A DNA stretch of 64,000 nucleotides from Macrostomum hystrix (Eukaryota; Animalia; Platyhelminthes): contig CATNEN010000030.1 in the NCBI GenBank assembly GCA_950097015.1, positions 3,224,001-3,288,000 on the forward strand, given 5' to 3'. The notes beneath the pieces were generated by a model. That model saw nothing but the letters and a program-made list of their open reading frames with translations, was not told the DNA's origin and did no database searches. Position 1 is the stretch's first letter. Each line of letters opens with the position of its first letter. Positions 36,036-47,700 of the stretch are shown here, in pieces. A program made the translations under genes and the position numbers.

Positions 36036-39000
36036 TCACTTGTCCAGCAGACCTGGGTGGTGATAAGGCGAGCGGGGCACGGCGGATTCGGCTAGACTCC
36101 AAATGCCACGGGCGCCTACGGAAGCTAGAAGCTGCTGCTGTTGCTGCTGATGCTGGAGCTGCTGGTGCTGCTGATGCTGCTGATGCTGCTGATACTGCAG
36201 CTGCTGATGCTGCTGATGGAAATGATGCTGCAGATGCTGCAGATGCGGCTGATGCTGCAGATGATGCTGAAAGCTGTGCTGCTGCAGGTGCTGGTGCAGG
36301 TGCTGGTACTGCTGCTGCTCGGCTGTGTGAAGGAGCTTGCGCTGACCCGGCGACACATCGCCGAGCGGCGAATCGGGCGAGAAGCTCGGCTGATGATCGC
36401 CTGCGGTGTGCGAGAATTGAAGCTCAATTGAAGCTCAACCCCTATTTAGTGTTGGCTGACCCAAACTCGACCCATTCAGTGTTGGCTGACCCAAACTCGA
36501 CCCATTCAGTGTTGGCTGACCCAAACTCGACCCATTCAGTGTTGGCTGACCCCAACTCAACCCAGTTAGTCCAGCGCATCGATTTCCAACTCACCTGAGT
36601 CTGTTGAGTGAGCTGCGGCTGGATGCCGACTGGTCTCCAACGCGGCACCGACATTCTGCCTGACCGTGTCCTCATCGTCTTCGTCGGGATCGGCGTCGTC
36701 GCTGCAACCAGTACCGCCGCCAGCATCCTCATCCACGCCCTCCTCCTCGGACTTTGTCTTCGGCGTCCAGGTCATGCGGTTCTCCTTTTTAAGCCGGCGG
36801 CGGGCGTTTGCAAACCAGGTGGACACCTGGCGGTTGCGGAGTTATATTGTGGGTCAGCTTCAGTTAATAGATTTTTCTGCGTGGGTCGAGTTCCGGGTCA
36901 GCCAAAGTTACGTGGGTCAAATCAGACAATGCTGAACAGGTCGATTTTGGTCATAGGCAGTCGTATGAGCGAATTTTAGGTCATAGGCTGTTGTGTGAGT
37001 CAAGTTTGGGTCATAGGCTGTTGTGTGAGCCTAGCTTGGGACATAAGCTGTTGTATGAGTCAAGCTTGGGTCATAGGCGGTTGAATGAGTCAAGATTGGG
37101 TCAGAGGCTGTTGAATGAGTCAAGATTGGGTCATAGGCTGTTAAATGAGTCAAGATTGGGTCGGAGGCTGTTGAATGAGTCAAGCTTGGGTCATAGGCTG
37201 TTGAATGAGCCAAGTTTGGGTCAGCCAATATTGTTCTGAAATCTTCCATCTCATGTGCATCTCACCTGTGTCAGTGTCATCTTGGTGATGATGGCCAGCA
37301 TGATCTTCTCGCCCTTAGTCGGATAGGGATTCTTCAGGTGCTCCTGCAGCCAGGCCTTCAGCGTGGCGGTGCTCTCCCTGGTGGCATTCTTGCGTCGGGC
37401 TCCGTCCAGAGCAGCCCCGGCGCCAGCGGCAGCCGCCGCCGCGTAGGGATAATAAGGATCGTAGGCGGGCGCGTACGCGCCTCCACCACCTCCGCCGCCG
37501 CCCGGACGCCAGCAGCTGCCGGCGGCAGCTGCCGCGGCGGCCTCTCGACGCATCTGATGATGAGCTGCGGCTGCCGACATAGACATCGACATGGCTGCCG
37601 CGCCAGGCTGCAGGGACGGACGATGTCGGAGAGATGCGCTTTGGTTTGTTGAGCTTTGAATTTATTCACTTTTGTTTAACTGGTTGCATGAAACCAGACA
37701 ATAGACATAAGGTGCTATCCAAACCAAACGTTGCTTGACTTTGGTCACAGAAGAGAACCATGATAGTATTAATTATTAACTGTACCTTGGAGGCCCTCAA
37801 GATCGAAAATTGCACGAAAAGCCCCCAAGCCTTCTCAACGCGACTGCGCCCCAATTTAATGTGGCCTCGTCGCGGAATCGAGCTGACGGACCTTGGTGGG
37901 AGAGGCAAACGCGTTCACCACTTTGCCACTCAAGCCCTCTGCCCGTGCCACTGAAGAGAATCATTTTTCAACGTATGGGCGTTAGAGATTCTGACTTCTG
38001 ACCCGACTTACGACTTCAACTCACCTGCAGTCTATGGTAGAAACTGTCAGCCGGAGAGGCCGCCACAGCAGTAGCTGCCGCGTGCTGATGCGGATGCGAA
38101 GCCGTCAACGGAAAATAGCCATGATGATAGCCGCTGCCTGACCCGTAGAATGCCGCGGCCGCCGCGGCCGCCGTCGGGTCGTAGTGAAAGCCGGTGATGG
38201 ACGTCGGCGTCGATGTCGATGCGGCGGCTGCGGCTGCTGCTGCGGCGGCGGCAGCGGCTGCGGCCGCGGCGACCGATGTTGAAGCATCTGGATTGGGCGA
38301 GCCAGCATGGAGCGGCGCATGCGCTGGCGGCGATGCCTGATGGGATTTTGGGGACGATGGAATTGAGGAATCGGGATTAATCACGACTCCAGGATCTTGA
38401 ATTACTTGAAATCCCCTTAATCGTCCTCTCTAATCGTCCCGCGGCCTCTCTGATCTTCCCCTCTCTTGATCTTCCCCTCTCTTGATCTTCCCCTCTCTGA
38501 TCTTCCCCTCTCTTGATCTTCCCCTCTCTTGATCTTCCCCTTTCTGATCTTCCCCTCTCTGACCTTCCCCTCTCTGATATTCCCCTCTCTGATCTTCCCC
38601 TCTTTTGATCTTCCCCTCTCATGATCTTCCCCTCTCATGATCTTCCCCTCTCTGATCTTCCCCCCTCTCTTGATATTCCCCTCTCTGATCTTCCCCTCTC
38701 TGATCTTCCTCTCTCTGATCTTCCTCTCTCTGATCTTCCCCTCTCTGATCTTCCCCCCTCTCTGACTTTCCCCTCTCTGATATTCCCCTCTCTGATCTTC
38801 CCCTCTCTGACCTTCCCCTCTCTGATATTCCCCTCTCTTATCTTCCCCTCTCTGATCTTCCCCTCTCTGACTTTCCCCTCTCTGATATTCCCCTCTCTGA
38901 TCTTCCCCTCTCTGACCTTCCCCTCTCTGATCTTCCCCTCTCTGATCTTCCCCTCTCTGATATTCCCCTCTCTGATCTTCCCCTCTCTGACCTTCCCCTC

Positions 39001-42000
39001 TCTGATATTCCCCTCTCTGATCTTCCCCTCTCTGATCTTCCCCTCTCTGACTTTCCCCTCTCTGATATTCCCCTCTCTGATCTTCCCCTCTCTGACCTTC
39101 CCCTCTCTGATATTCCCCTCTCTGATCTTCCCCTCTCTGATATTCCCCTCTCTGACCTTCCCCTCTCTGATCTTCCCCTCTCTGACTTTCCCCTCTCTGA
39201 TATTCCCCTCTCTGATCTTCCCCTCTCTGATATTCCCCTCTCTGATCTTCCCCTCTCTGACCTTCCCCTCTCTGATATTCCCCTCTCTGATCTTCCCCTC
39301 TCTGATCTTCCCCTCTCTGACCTTCCCCTCTCTGATATTCCCCTCTCTGATCTTCCCCTCTCTGATCTTCCCCTCTCTGACCTTCCCCTCTCTGATATTC
39401 CCCTCTCTGATCTTCCCCTCTCTGATCTTCCCCTCTCTGACCTTCCCCTCTCTGATATTCCCCTCTCTGATCTTCCCCTCTCTGATATTCCCCTCTCTGA
39501 TCTTCCCCTCTCTGATCTTCCCCTCTCTGATATTCCCCTCTCTGATCTTCCCCTCTCTGATCTTCCCCTCTCTGATATTCCCCTCTCTGATCTTCCCCTC
39601 TCTGATCTTCCCCTCTCTGACCTTCCCCTCTCTGATATTCCCCTCTCTGATCTTCCCCTCTTTTGATCTTCCCCTCTCATGATCTTCCCCTCTCTGATCT
39701 TCCCCCCTCTCTTGATATTCCCCTCTCTGATCTTCCCCTCTCTGATCTTCCTCTCTCTGATCTTCCTCTCTCTGATCTTCCCCTCTCTGATCTTCCCCCC
39801 TCTCTGACTTTCCCCTCTCTGATATTCCCCTCTCTGATCTTCCCCTCTCTGACCTTCCCCTCTCTGATATTCCCCTCTCTTATCTTCCCCTCTCTGATCT
39901 TCCCCTCTCTGACTTTCCCCTCTCTGATATTCCCCTCTCTGATCTTCCCCTCTCTGACCTTCCCCTCTCTGATATTCCCCTCTCTGATCTTCCCCTCTCT
40001 GATATTCCCCTCTCTGATCTTCCCCTCTCTGACCTTCCCCTCTCTGATATTCCCCTCTCTGATCTTCCCCTCTCTGATCTTCCCCTCTCTGACTTTCCCC
40101 TCTCTGATATTCCCCTCTCTGATCTTCCCCTCTCTGACCTTCCCCTCTCTGATATTCCCCTCTCTGATCTTCCCCTCTCTGATATTCCCCTCTCTGACCT
40201 TCCCCTCTCTGATCTTCCCCTCTCTGATCTTCCCCTCTCTGACTTTCCCCTCTCTGATATTCCCCTCTCTGATCTTCCCCTCTCTGATATTCCCCTCTCT
40301 GATCTTCCCCTCTCTGACCTTCCCCTCTCTGATATTCCCCTCTCTGATCTTCCCCTCTCTGATATTCCCCTCTCTGATCTTCCCCTCTCTGATCTTCCCC
40401 TCTCTGATATTCCCCTCTCTGATCTTCCCCTCTCTGATATTCCCCTCTCTGATCTTCCCCTCTCTGATCTTCCCCTCTCTGATATTCCCCTCTCTGATCT
40501 TCCCCTCTCTGACCTTCCTCTCTCTGATATTCCCCTCTCTGATATTCCCCTCTCTGATATTCCCCTCTCTGATCTTCCCCTCTCTGATATTCCCCTCTCT
40601 GATCTTCCTCTCTCTGATCTTACCCTTCACCTGAACGCTAATTAATACAAAATGAATTACAATCCTTAAGGCCGCATAATTGAAATATTCCGCCGCATCA
40701 CCAAAACTGCTAATTATATAGCTTTCCTGCATTTCCAAGATTCATAGCGCAGTTTAGTGAATAAAAGATTTATTCTCAGGTGCAAAATTCTTAATTGAGC
40801 CGAAATACCTATGGGATTGGGAAATTTGGGAAATCTGTCCCCGCTGGATGTCGTCCCATAAAAGAAAAAATTGGTTATGGACAAAATTTTATTCCTGTCA
40901 TAAATAAATCTCCCCTGCTGTTTATGAGGCCATTCACTTCCCACGCTACAGCGGGGAAAAGGCGAATTTAACTGGCCGTTTTTGTCACCAAAAATAGAAG
41001 CTGTAAAACTATTTATTCCGCTACCTCATCAGGTAGTCGACATTCTCTGCTGACAGCAATTTTGATGCACAGATTTTAAACGAGTCTTTAAGAAACCTAG
41101 TAAAATTATCGAATGTCACGTGATCGGGTAGGATTCTTTTAGATTTCGGATCTGTAATTAGGGATGTTCTTCACTAAGCGATGGATAATATCTAAAGTGA
41201 ATCCACAAACTATCTACCGTCTAGGGTCGGCAAGCTCAGCTCTCATCTCTCCCCTGTCTCGTCTCTCACCTGTCTCGTCTGATCTGCCCTGTCTCGTCTG
41301 ATCTCCCCTGTCTCGTCTCTCACCTGTCTCGTCTGATCTGCCCTGTCTCGTCTGATCTCCCCTGTCTCGTCTCTCACCTGTCTTATCTCTCCCTGTCTCG
41401 TCTCTTATCTGTCCAATCTTTCCCCTGTCACGTCTACCACCTGTCTCATCTCTCCCCAGTCTCATCTCTCCTCTGTCTCATCTCTCCCCAGTCTCATCTC
41501 TCCTCTGTCTCATCTCTCCCCAGTCTCATCTCTCCTCTGTCTCATCTCTCCCCAGTCTCATCTCTCCTCTGTCTCATCTCTCCCCTGTCTCATCTCTCCC
41601 CTGTCTCATCTCTCCCCTGTCTCATCTCTCCTCTGTCTCATCTCTCCCCTGTCTCATCTCTCCCTGTCTTTTCTCTCCCCTGTCTCATCTCTCCCCTGTC
41701 TAAAATTTCCGATGTCGAATCTCTCGTGTGCCAACCCGTCACTGTTGTCTATTGAATTCGCTGTCTGGTCCGCTTCGCCGATATTTATCGTTGGTTTCGC
41801 CAACCTCGCTCCACTTTCAATGCAAACAAAATGTAATTTGAAGCAACGGGGCACTGACCCGACTCACTGATGACGGACTAGCCAGTCCCAGACTCCCAGC
41901 GGAGGCAGAAAAATTATGATGCGAAAGCGGCTGCTGCTGCTGTTGCTGCTGATGATGCTGACCGGGAAACAATGAACTGCTGGCATCATAGCTGGCAAAC

Positions 42001-42023
42001 ACTGTCTGGCAGGCGGCCTGCAT
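36036..42023 (-). CDS. irx: Iroquois-class TALE homeobox protein, about 468 aa; exons 42023-41868, 38336-38025, 37607-37266, 36826-36595, 36400-36036
   Basis: Homeodomain [44 protein letters not shown]|[20 protein letters not shown], an acidic stretch and an IRO box variant (GIWSLAESA). Junction phases 0,0,0,1 with GT-AG. Exon 1 assignment is less certain than exons 3-5. Confidence 0.9.
36451..36570. repeat. 30-bp minisatellite (gttggctgacccaaactcgacccattcagt), Irx intron 4
   Basis: 3 perfect copies plus 1 diverged copy. Confidence 0.9.
36940..37230. repeat. 30-bp minisatellite (ttgaatgagtcaagattgggtcataggctg), Irx intron 3; inverted relative of the 36451 array
   Basis: About 9 copies. Confidence 0.9.
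37790..37930 (-). mobile_element. SINE family 2 copy in Irx intron 2
   Basis: The minus strand reads gtggcaaagtggt (A box)...gctcgattccg (B box); homologous to 15700-15910. Confidence 0.65.
38445..40625. repeat. 15-bp pyrimidine-rich minisatellite (tgatcttcccctctc), Irx intron 1
   Basis: About 145 copies with an internal duplication of about 1.04 kb. Confidence 0.97.
41235..41700. repeat. 17-18-bp pyrimidine-rich repeat (ctgtctcatctctcccc), Irx intron 1
   Basis: About 25 degenerate copies. Confidence 0.85.
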
Positions 42024-42699
42024 GTTTCTGTTGCTCTTGTTTAAAAACTTAATTGTTCTTGTCTTTTTCTTGCTGTATTTCCTGGCCAGCTCTTCTAGCG
42101 GTGAATACTAGAGCAGGCGGAACCAACCTCATCCGGTCTAATAAAGGCTTCCGCTAGACTGCAAGCAGCCCGCCCTTCATTGGATCCCGCTGTTCGACGC
42201 GCTGGAGATCCAAACTGACGCACCAGCCAATGGTGAACCAGCTTGGATCCAAATTTGGTTTGCTGGCACTGTCGATTTCACCCCCGCCAGCCCTGAAATC
42301 TACACAATTCAACATTTGCTAATTCGTTCTCCATTATTAGTCTTGTTCTTTCCTCAGTCCTTTAATTAATTCTTCCATTGGGACACGACAGCAAGAGGTC
42401 GCTTTAGTTTGAAATAGCCAATTAACCGCTGCAACAAAGTTTCAGTTTGTTTTTGTCCGCGGCAGGGCAGATCATAAACTTAATAAGGTGAAAAAAACTC
42501 TGAAAGCTTCTTCGTCCTGCCTGGTTGGCGCTTGAACAATAGTGGTAAACGGCGTCGTGGAATCCCCACCAGTTGGTTTATGATCCCCGAACTGGTCAGT
42601 GCCTGCCGAGTCACTTTCTGTCGACTAGCCACCCTCCACCTCGATGCCCGTGCCTAAACTTCTTAATAAGGTGCTAACCTTCAGCAACCTTTGCCTGAG

Positions 42700-43505
42700 T
42701 GAGACAGACAGAACAGGTGAGGGTGAGACTATAGGACAGGGTACGAGAGAGAAAAGGTTAGGGTGAGACAGAAAAGATAAGGGTGAGACAGAATAGACAA
42801 GGGTGAGACAGAAAAGACAAGGGTGAGACAGAAAAGATAAGGGTGAGACAGAAAAGATAGGGGTGAGACAGAAAAGATAAGGGTGAGACAGAAAAGATAA
42901 GGGTGAGACAGAAAAGATAAGGGTGAGACAGAAAAGATAAGGGTGAGAGAGAAAAGATAATGGTGAGACAGAAAAGGTTAGGGTGAGACAGAATAGGTTA
43001 GGGTGAGACAGAATAGGTTAGGGTGAGACAGAACAGGTGAGGGTGAGACAGAATAGGTTAGGGTGAGACAGAATAGGTTAGGGTGAGACAGAACAGGTTA
43101 GGGTGAGACAGAACAGGTGAGGGTGAGACAGAATAGGTTAGGGTGAGACAGAATAGGTTAGGGTGAGACAGAATAGGTTAGGGTGAGACAGAATAGGTTA
43201 GGGTGAGACAGAATAGGTTAGGGTGAGACAGAATAGGTTAGGGTGAGACAGAATAGGTTGGGTGAGACAGAATAGGTTAGGGTGAGACAGAATAGGTTAG
43301 GGTGAGACAGAATAGGTTGGGTGAGACAGAATAGGTTAGGGTGAGACAGAATAGGTTGGGTGAGACATAATAGGTTAGGGTGAGACAGAATAGGTTAGGG
43401 TGAGACAGAATAGGTTAGGGTGAGACAGAATAGGTTAGGGTGAGACAGAATAGGTTAGGGTGAGACAGAATAGGTTAGGGTGAGACAGAATAGGTTAGGG
43501 TGAGA
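42700..43505. repeat. 20-bp minisatellite (gggtgagacagaataggtta)
   Basis: About 40 copies; left units read gaaaagataa, right units read gaataggtta. Confidence 0.95.
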
Positions 43506-44794
43506 GCAAAAGGGTAACGAATGAAGGGGAATTTTTATCGAGACGGTAGGAGCTGATTAATATATTGCTTCTTATCGTCATTCCAGTGCCTCCTGGAGGA
43601 AGAATTCGTTATCATACACAACTCGATAAGCATACAATCTCATAGAAGACTTGAATTTTTTTCTCCAAAGCGCAAACACAAGTGTTTTGAAGTGTCCGCA
43701 CTCATTGACGATGGACGTTGACCGCCCCCCCACTATTTCCAGTTCGGGCCGTAGACAGGTTTGATTTATTTGCAGCCGGTCCAAAGCGGCCCTGCAAATA
43801 CGAGTGTATTGCTAGAGCGGTTCAATTAGCATTGTCAAATTCTCTCCCCCACAACCCATTGCTCTTTTGCATTGTTCTAATCAGTGGGATTCTGATGTTG
43901 GTGACCCGGGTTCGCTTCACAAAGACTCTCGAGCTTTGGAGAGTTGGGGATTGAGTGAAAGTGTCCACCCGTGCCTCCACCCCCACCCTCTCAGATCCCC
44001 CATTCTGTTCTTGAAGTTTTTATCGCGACAGTAATCAGGGCGGTGAGGAAGAAGGAAGGAACTGGGGTCTGTTTACAGGGTCGCTGGCCCCCATAATTCT
44101 AGCCAATATTTGCTTCTATTATTAGCTAGTTAAACCTCACCGATAGATATGAAAGATTCTGCTGATGAAGGAAGCAGGTTCAACTTGCCCTGAGATTGGA
44201 GGAGGAACCAAGACCTGTCTGGCCAGTTACTGGCAACAAAGACCTAGGGGGGTATTGGCCGATAATTAGCAGGGCGGCCCCATTTTCCAGTCTAAAGTTT
44301 CTTCTTTAGCCGAATCTTTTCTTTAAAAAGAAAGAAAAAAACTAGTTCAACGCGCCAAACTGGACTAAGATGACTGATGCCCGAACTGAATTTCGGAAGA
44401 GCCGATATTAAGTGCCGCTTCATGCTCTAAGCTTCTGTTGCTGGTCAATTTTCTTTGTTAGCGACAGCAAAACAGCATTGTCGCATTTTCATGCATCATT
44501 TCTTTCGCCAATTCTGCTCAGCTTATCTAGTAGATTGGTCAGGCCTTCACTTTATCTTTCGAGCAGAAAGTGTTGTGTTAGTGACTAAATGAGGATTTCT
44601 GTCGTCTTTTCTCTCCCCTATTGGTTGCCGAGCTGATAAATAGCGGCAGAGCCTCATTCTGACACAAAAGTGGGCAGCAGTTTTTGTCGCTGATAATTTT
44701 GCGTGTTTTTTTCTGAAAAAACTTGCCTAATATTCGTACAAGGTTTTAACATTGGCAACATTTTTGGATAAAAATAGACTGAAGGACTGACTGA

Positions 44795-47700
44795 AAAATC
44801 TGAAGGACCAGAGCTTGAGGTAGCGGATAACTCACTTGAAGGACCAGAGCTTGAGGTAGCGGATAACTCACTTGAAGGACCAGAGCTTGAGGTAGCGGAT
44901 AACTCACTTGAAGGACCAGAGCCTGAGGTAGCGGATAACTCACTTGAAGGACCAGAGCATGAGGTAGCGGATAACTCGTTTGAAGGAACAGAGCTTGAGG
45001 TAGCGAATAACTCACTTGAAGGACCAGAGCTTGAGGTAGCGGATAACTCACTTGAAGGACTAGAGATGAGGTAGCGGATAGCTCGTTTGAAGGACCAGAG
45101 CTTGAGGTAGCGGATAACTCGTTTGAAGGAACAGAGCTTGAGGTAGCGGATAACTCACTTGAAGGACCAGAGCATGAGGTAGCGGATAACTCACTTGAAG
45201 GACCAGAGCATGAGGTAGATGATAACTCACTTGAAGGACCAGAGCTTGAGGTAGCGGATAAGTCACTTGAAGGACCAGAGCTTGAGGTAGCGGATAACTC
45301 ACTTGAAGGACCAGAGCATGAGGTAGCGGATAACTCACTTGAAGGACCAGAGCATGAGGTAGCGGATAACTCACTTGAAGGACCAGAGCATGAGGTAGCG
45401 GATAACTCACTTGAAGGACCAGAGCATGAGGTAGATGATAACTCACTCGAAGGACCAGAGCTTGAGGTAGCGGATAACTCGTTTGAAGGACCAGAGCATG
45501 ATGTAGCGGATAACTCACTTGAAGGACCAGAGCTTGAGGTAGCGGATAACTCACTTGAAGGACCAGAGCTTGAGGTAGCGGATAACTCGTTTGAAGGACC
45601 AGAGCTTGAGGTAGCGGATAACTCGTTTGAAGGACCAGAGCATGAGGTAGCGGATAACTCGTTTGAAGGACCAGAGCATGAGGTAGATGATAACTCACTT
45701 GAAGGACCAGAGCTTGAGGTAGCGGATAACTCACTTGAAGGACCAGAGCTTGAGGTAGCGGATAACTCACTTGAAGGACCAGAGCATGAGGTAGATGATA
45801 ACTCACTTGAAGGACCAGAGCTTGAGGTAGCGTATAACTCACTTGAAGGACCAGAGCTTGAGGTAGCGGATAACTCGTTTGAAGGACCAGAGCTTGAGGT
45901 AGCGGATAACTCGTTTGAAGGACCAGAGCTTGAGGTAGCGGATAACTCGTTTGAAGGACCAGAGCATGAGGTAGATGATAACTCACTTGAAGGACCAGAG
46001 CTTGAGGTAGCGGATAACTCACTTGAAGGACCAGAGCTTGAGGTAGCGGATAACTCGTTTGAAGGACCAGAGCATGAGGTAGATGATAACTCACTTGAAG
46101 GACCAGAGCTTGAGGTAGCGGATAACTCACTTGAAGGACCAGAGCTTGAGGTAGCGGATAACTCGCTTGAAGGACCAGAGCTTGAGGTAGCGGATAACTC
46201 GTTTGAAGGACCAGAGCTTGAGGTAGCGGATAACTCGTTTGAAGGACCAGAGCATGAGGTAGATGATAACTCACTTGAAGGACCAGAGTTTGAGGTAGCG
46301 GATAACTCACTTGAAGGACCAGAGCTTGAGGTAGATGATAACTCACTTGAAGGACCAGAGCTTGAGGTAGCGGATAACTCGTTTGAAGGACCAGAGCTTG
46401 AGGTAGCGGATAACTCGTTTGAAGGACCAGAGCATGAGGTAGATGATAACTCACTTGAAGGACCAGAGCTTGAGGTAGCGGATAACTCACTTGAAGGACC
46501 AGAGCTTGAGGTAGATGATAACTCACTTGAAGGACCAGAGCTTGAGGTAGCGGATAACTCACTTGAAGGACCAGAGCTTGAGGTAGCGGATAACTCACTT
46601 GAAGGACCAGAGCTTGAGGTAGCGGATAACTCACTTGAAGGACCAGAGCATGAGGTAGCGGATAACTCGCTTGAAGGACCAGAGCATGAGGTAGCGGATA
46701 ACTCGCTTGAAGGACCAGAGCATGAGGTAGCGGATAACTCGCTTGAAGGACCAGAGCATGAGGTAAATGATAACTCACTTAAAGGACCAGAGCTTGAGGT
46801 AGCGGATAACTCGCTTGAAGGACCAGAGCATGAGGTAAATGATAACTCACTTAAAGGACCAGAGCTTGAGGTAGCGGATAACTCGCTTAAAGGACCAGAG
46901 CATGAGGTAGCGGATAACTCGCTTGAAGGACCAGAGCATGAGGTAGCGGATAACTCGCTTGAAGGACCAGAGCTTGAGGTAGCGTATAACTCACTTGAAG
47001 GACCAGAGCTTGAGGTAGCGGATAACTCGTTTGAAGGACCAGAGCTTGAGGTAGCGGATAACTCGTTTGAAGGACCAGAGCTTGAGGTAGCGAATAACTC
47101 GTTTGAAGGACCAGAGCATGAGGTAGATGATAACTCACTTGAAGGACCAGAGCTTGAGGTAGCGGATAACTCACTTGAAGGACCAGAGCTTGAGGTAGAT
47201 GATAACTCACTTGAAGGACCAGAGCTTGAGGTAGCGGATAACTCACTTGAAGGACCAGAGCTTGAGGTAGCGGATAACTCGTTTGAAGGACCAGAGCTTG
47301 AGGTAGCGGATAACTCGTTTGAAGGACCAGAGCTTGAGGTAGCGGATAACTCGTTTGAAGGACCAGAGCATGAGGTAGATGATAACTCGTTTGAAGGACC
47401 AGAGCATGAGGTAGATGATAACTCACTTGAAGGACCAGAGCTTGAGGTAGATGATAACTCACTTGAAGGACCAGAGCTTGAGGTAGCGGATAACTCACTT
47501 GAAGGACCAGAGCTTGAGGTAGCGGATAACTCACTTGAAGGACCAGAGCTTGAGGTAGCGGATAACTCACTTGAAGGACCAGAGCATGAGGTAGCGGATA
47601 ACTCGCTTGAAGGACCAGAGCTTGAGGTAGCGGATAACTCGCTTGAAGGACCAGAGCATGAGGTAGCGGATAACTCGCTTGAAGGACCAGAGCATGAGGT

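Noticed and set aside
38621-40738. LIFPS, ERGRS and REGKI repeat ORFs
   Set aside because: 15-bp satellite inside Irx intron 1.
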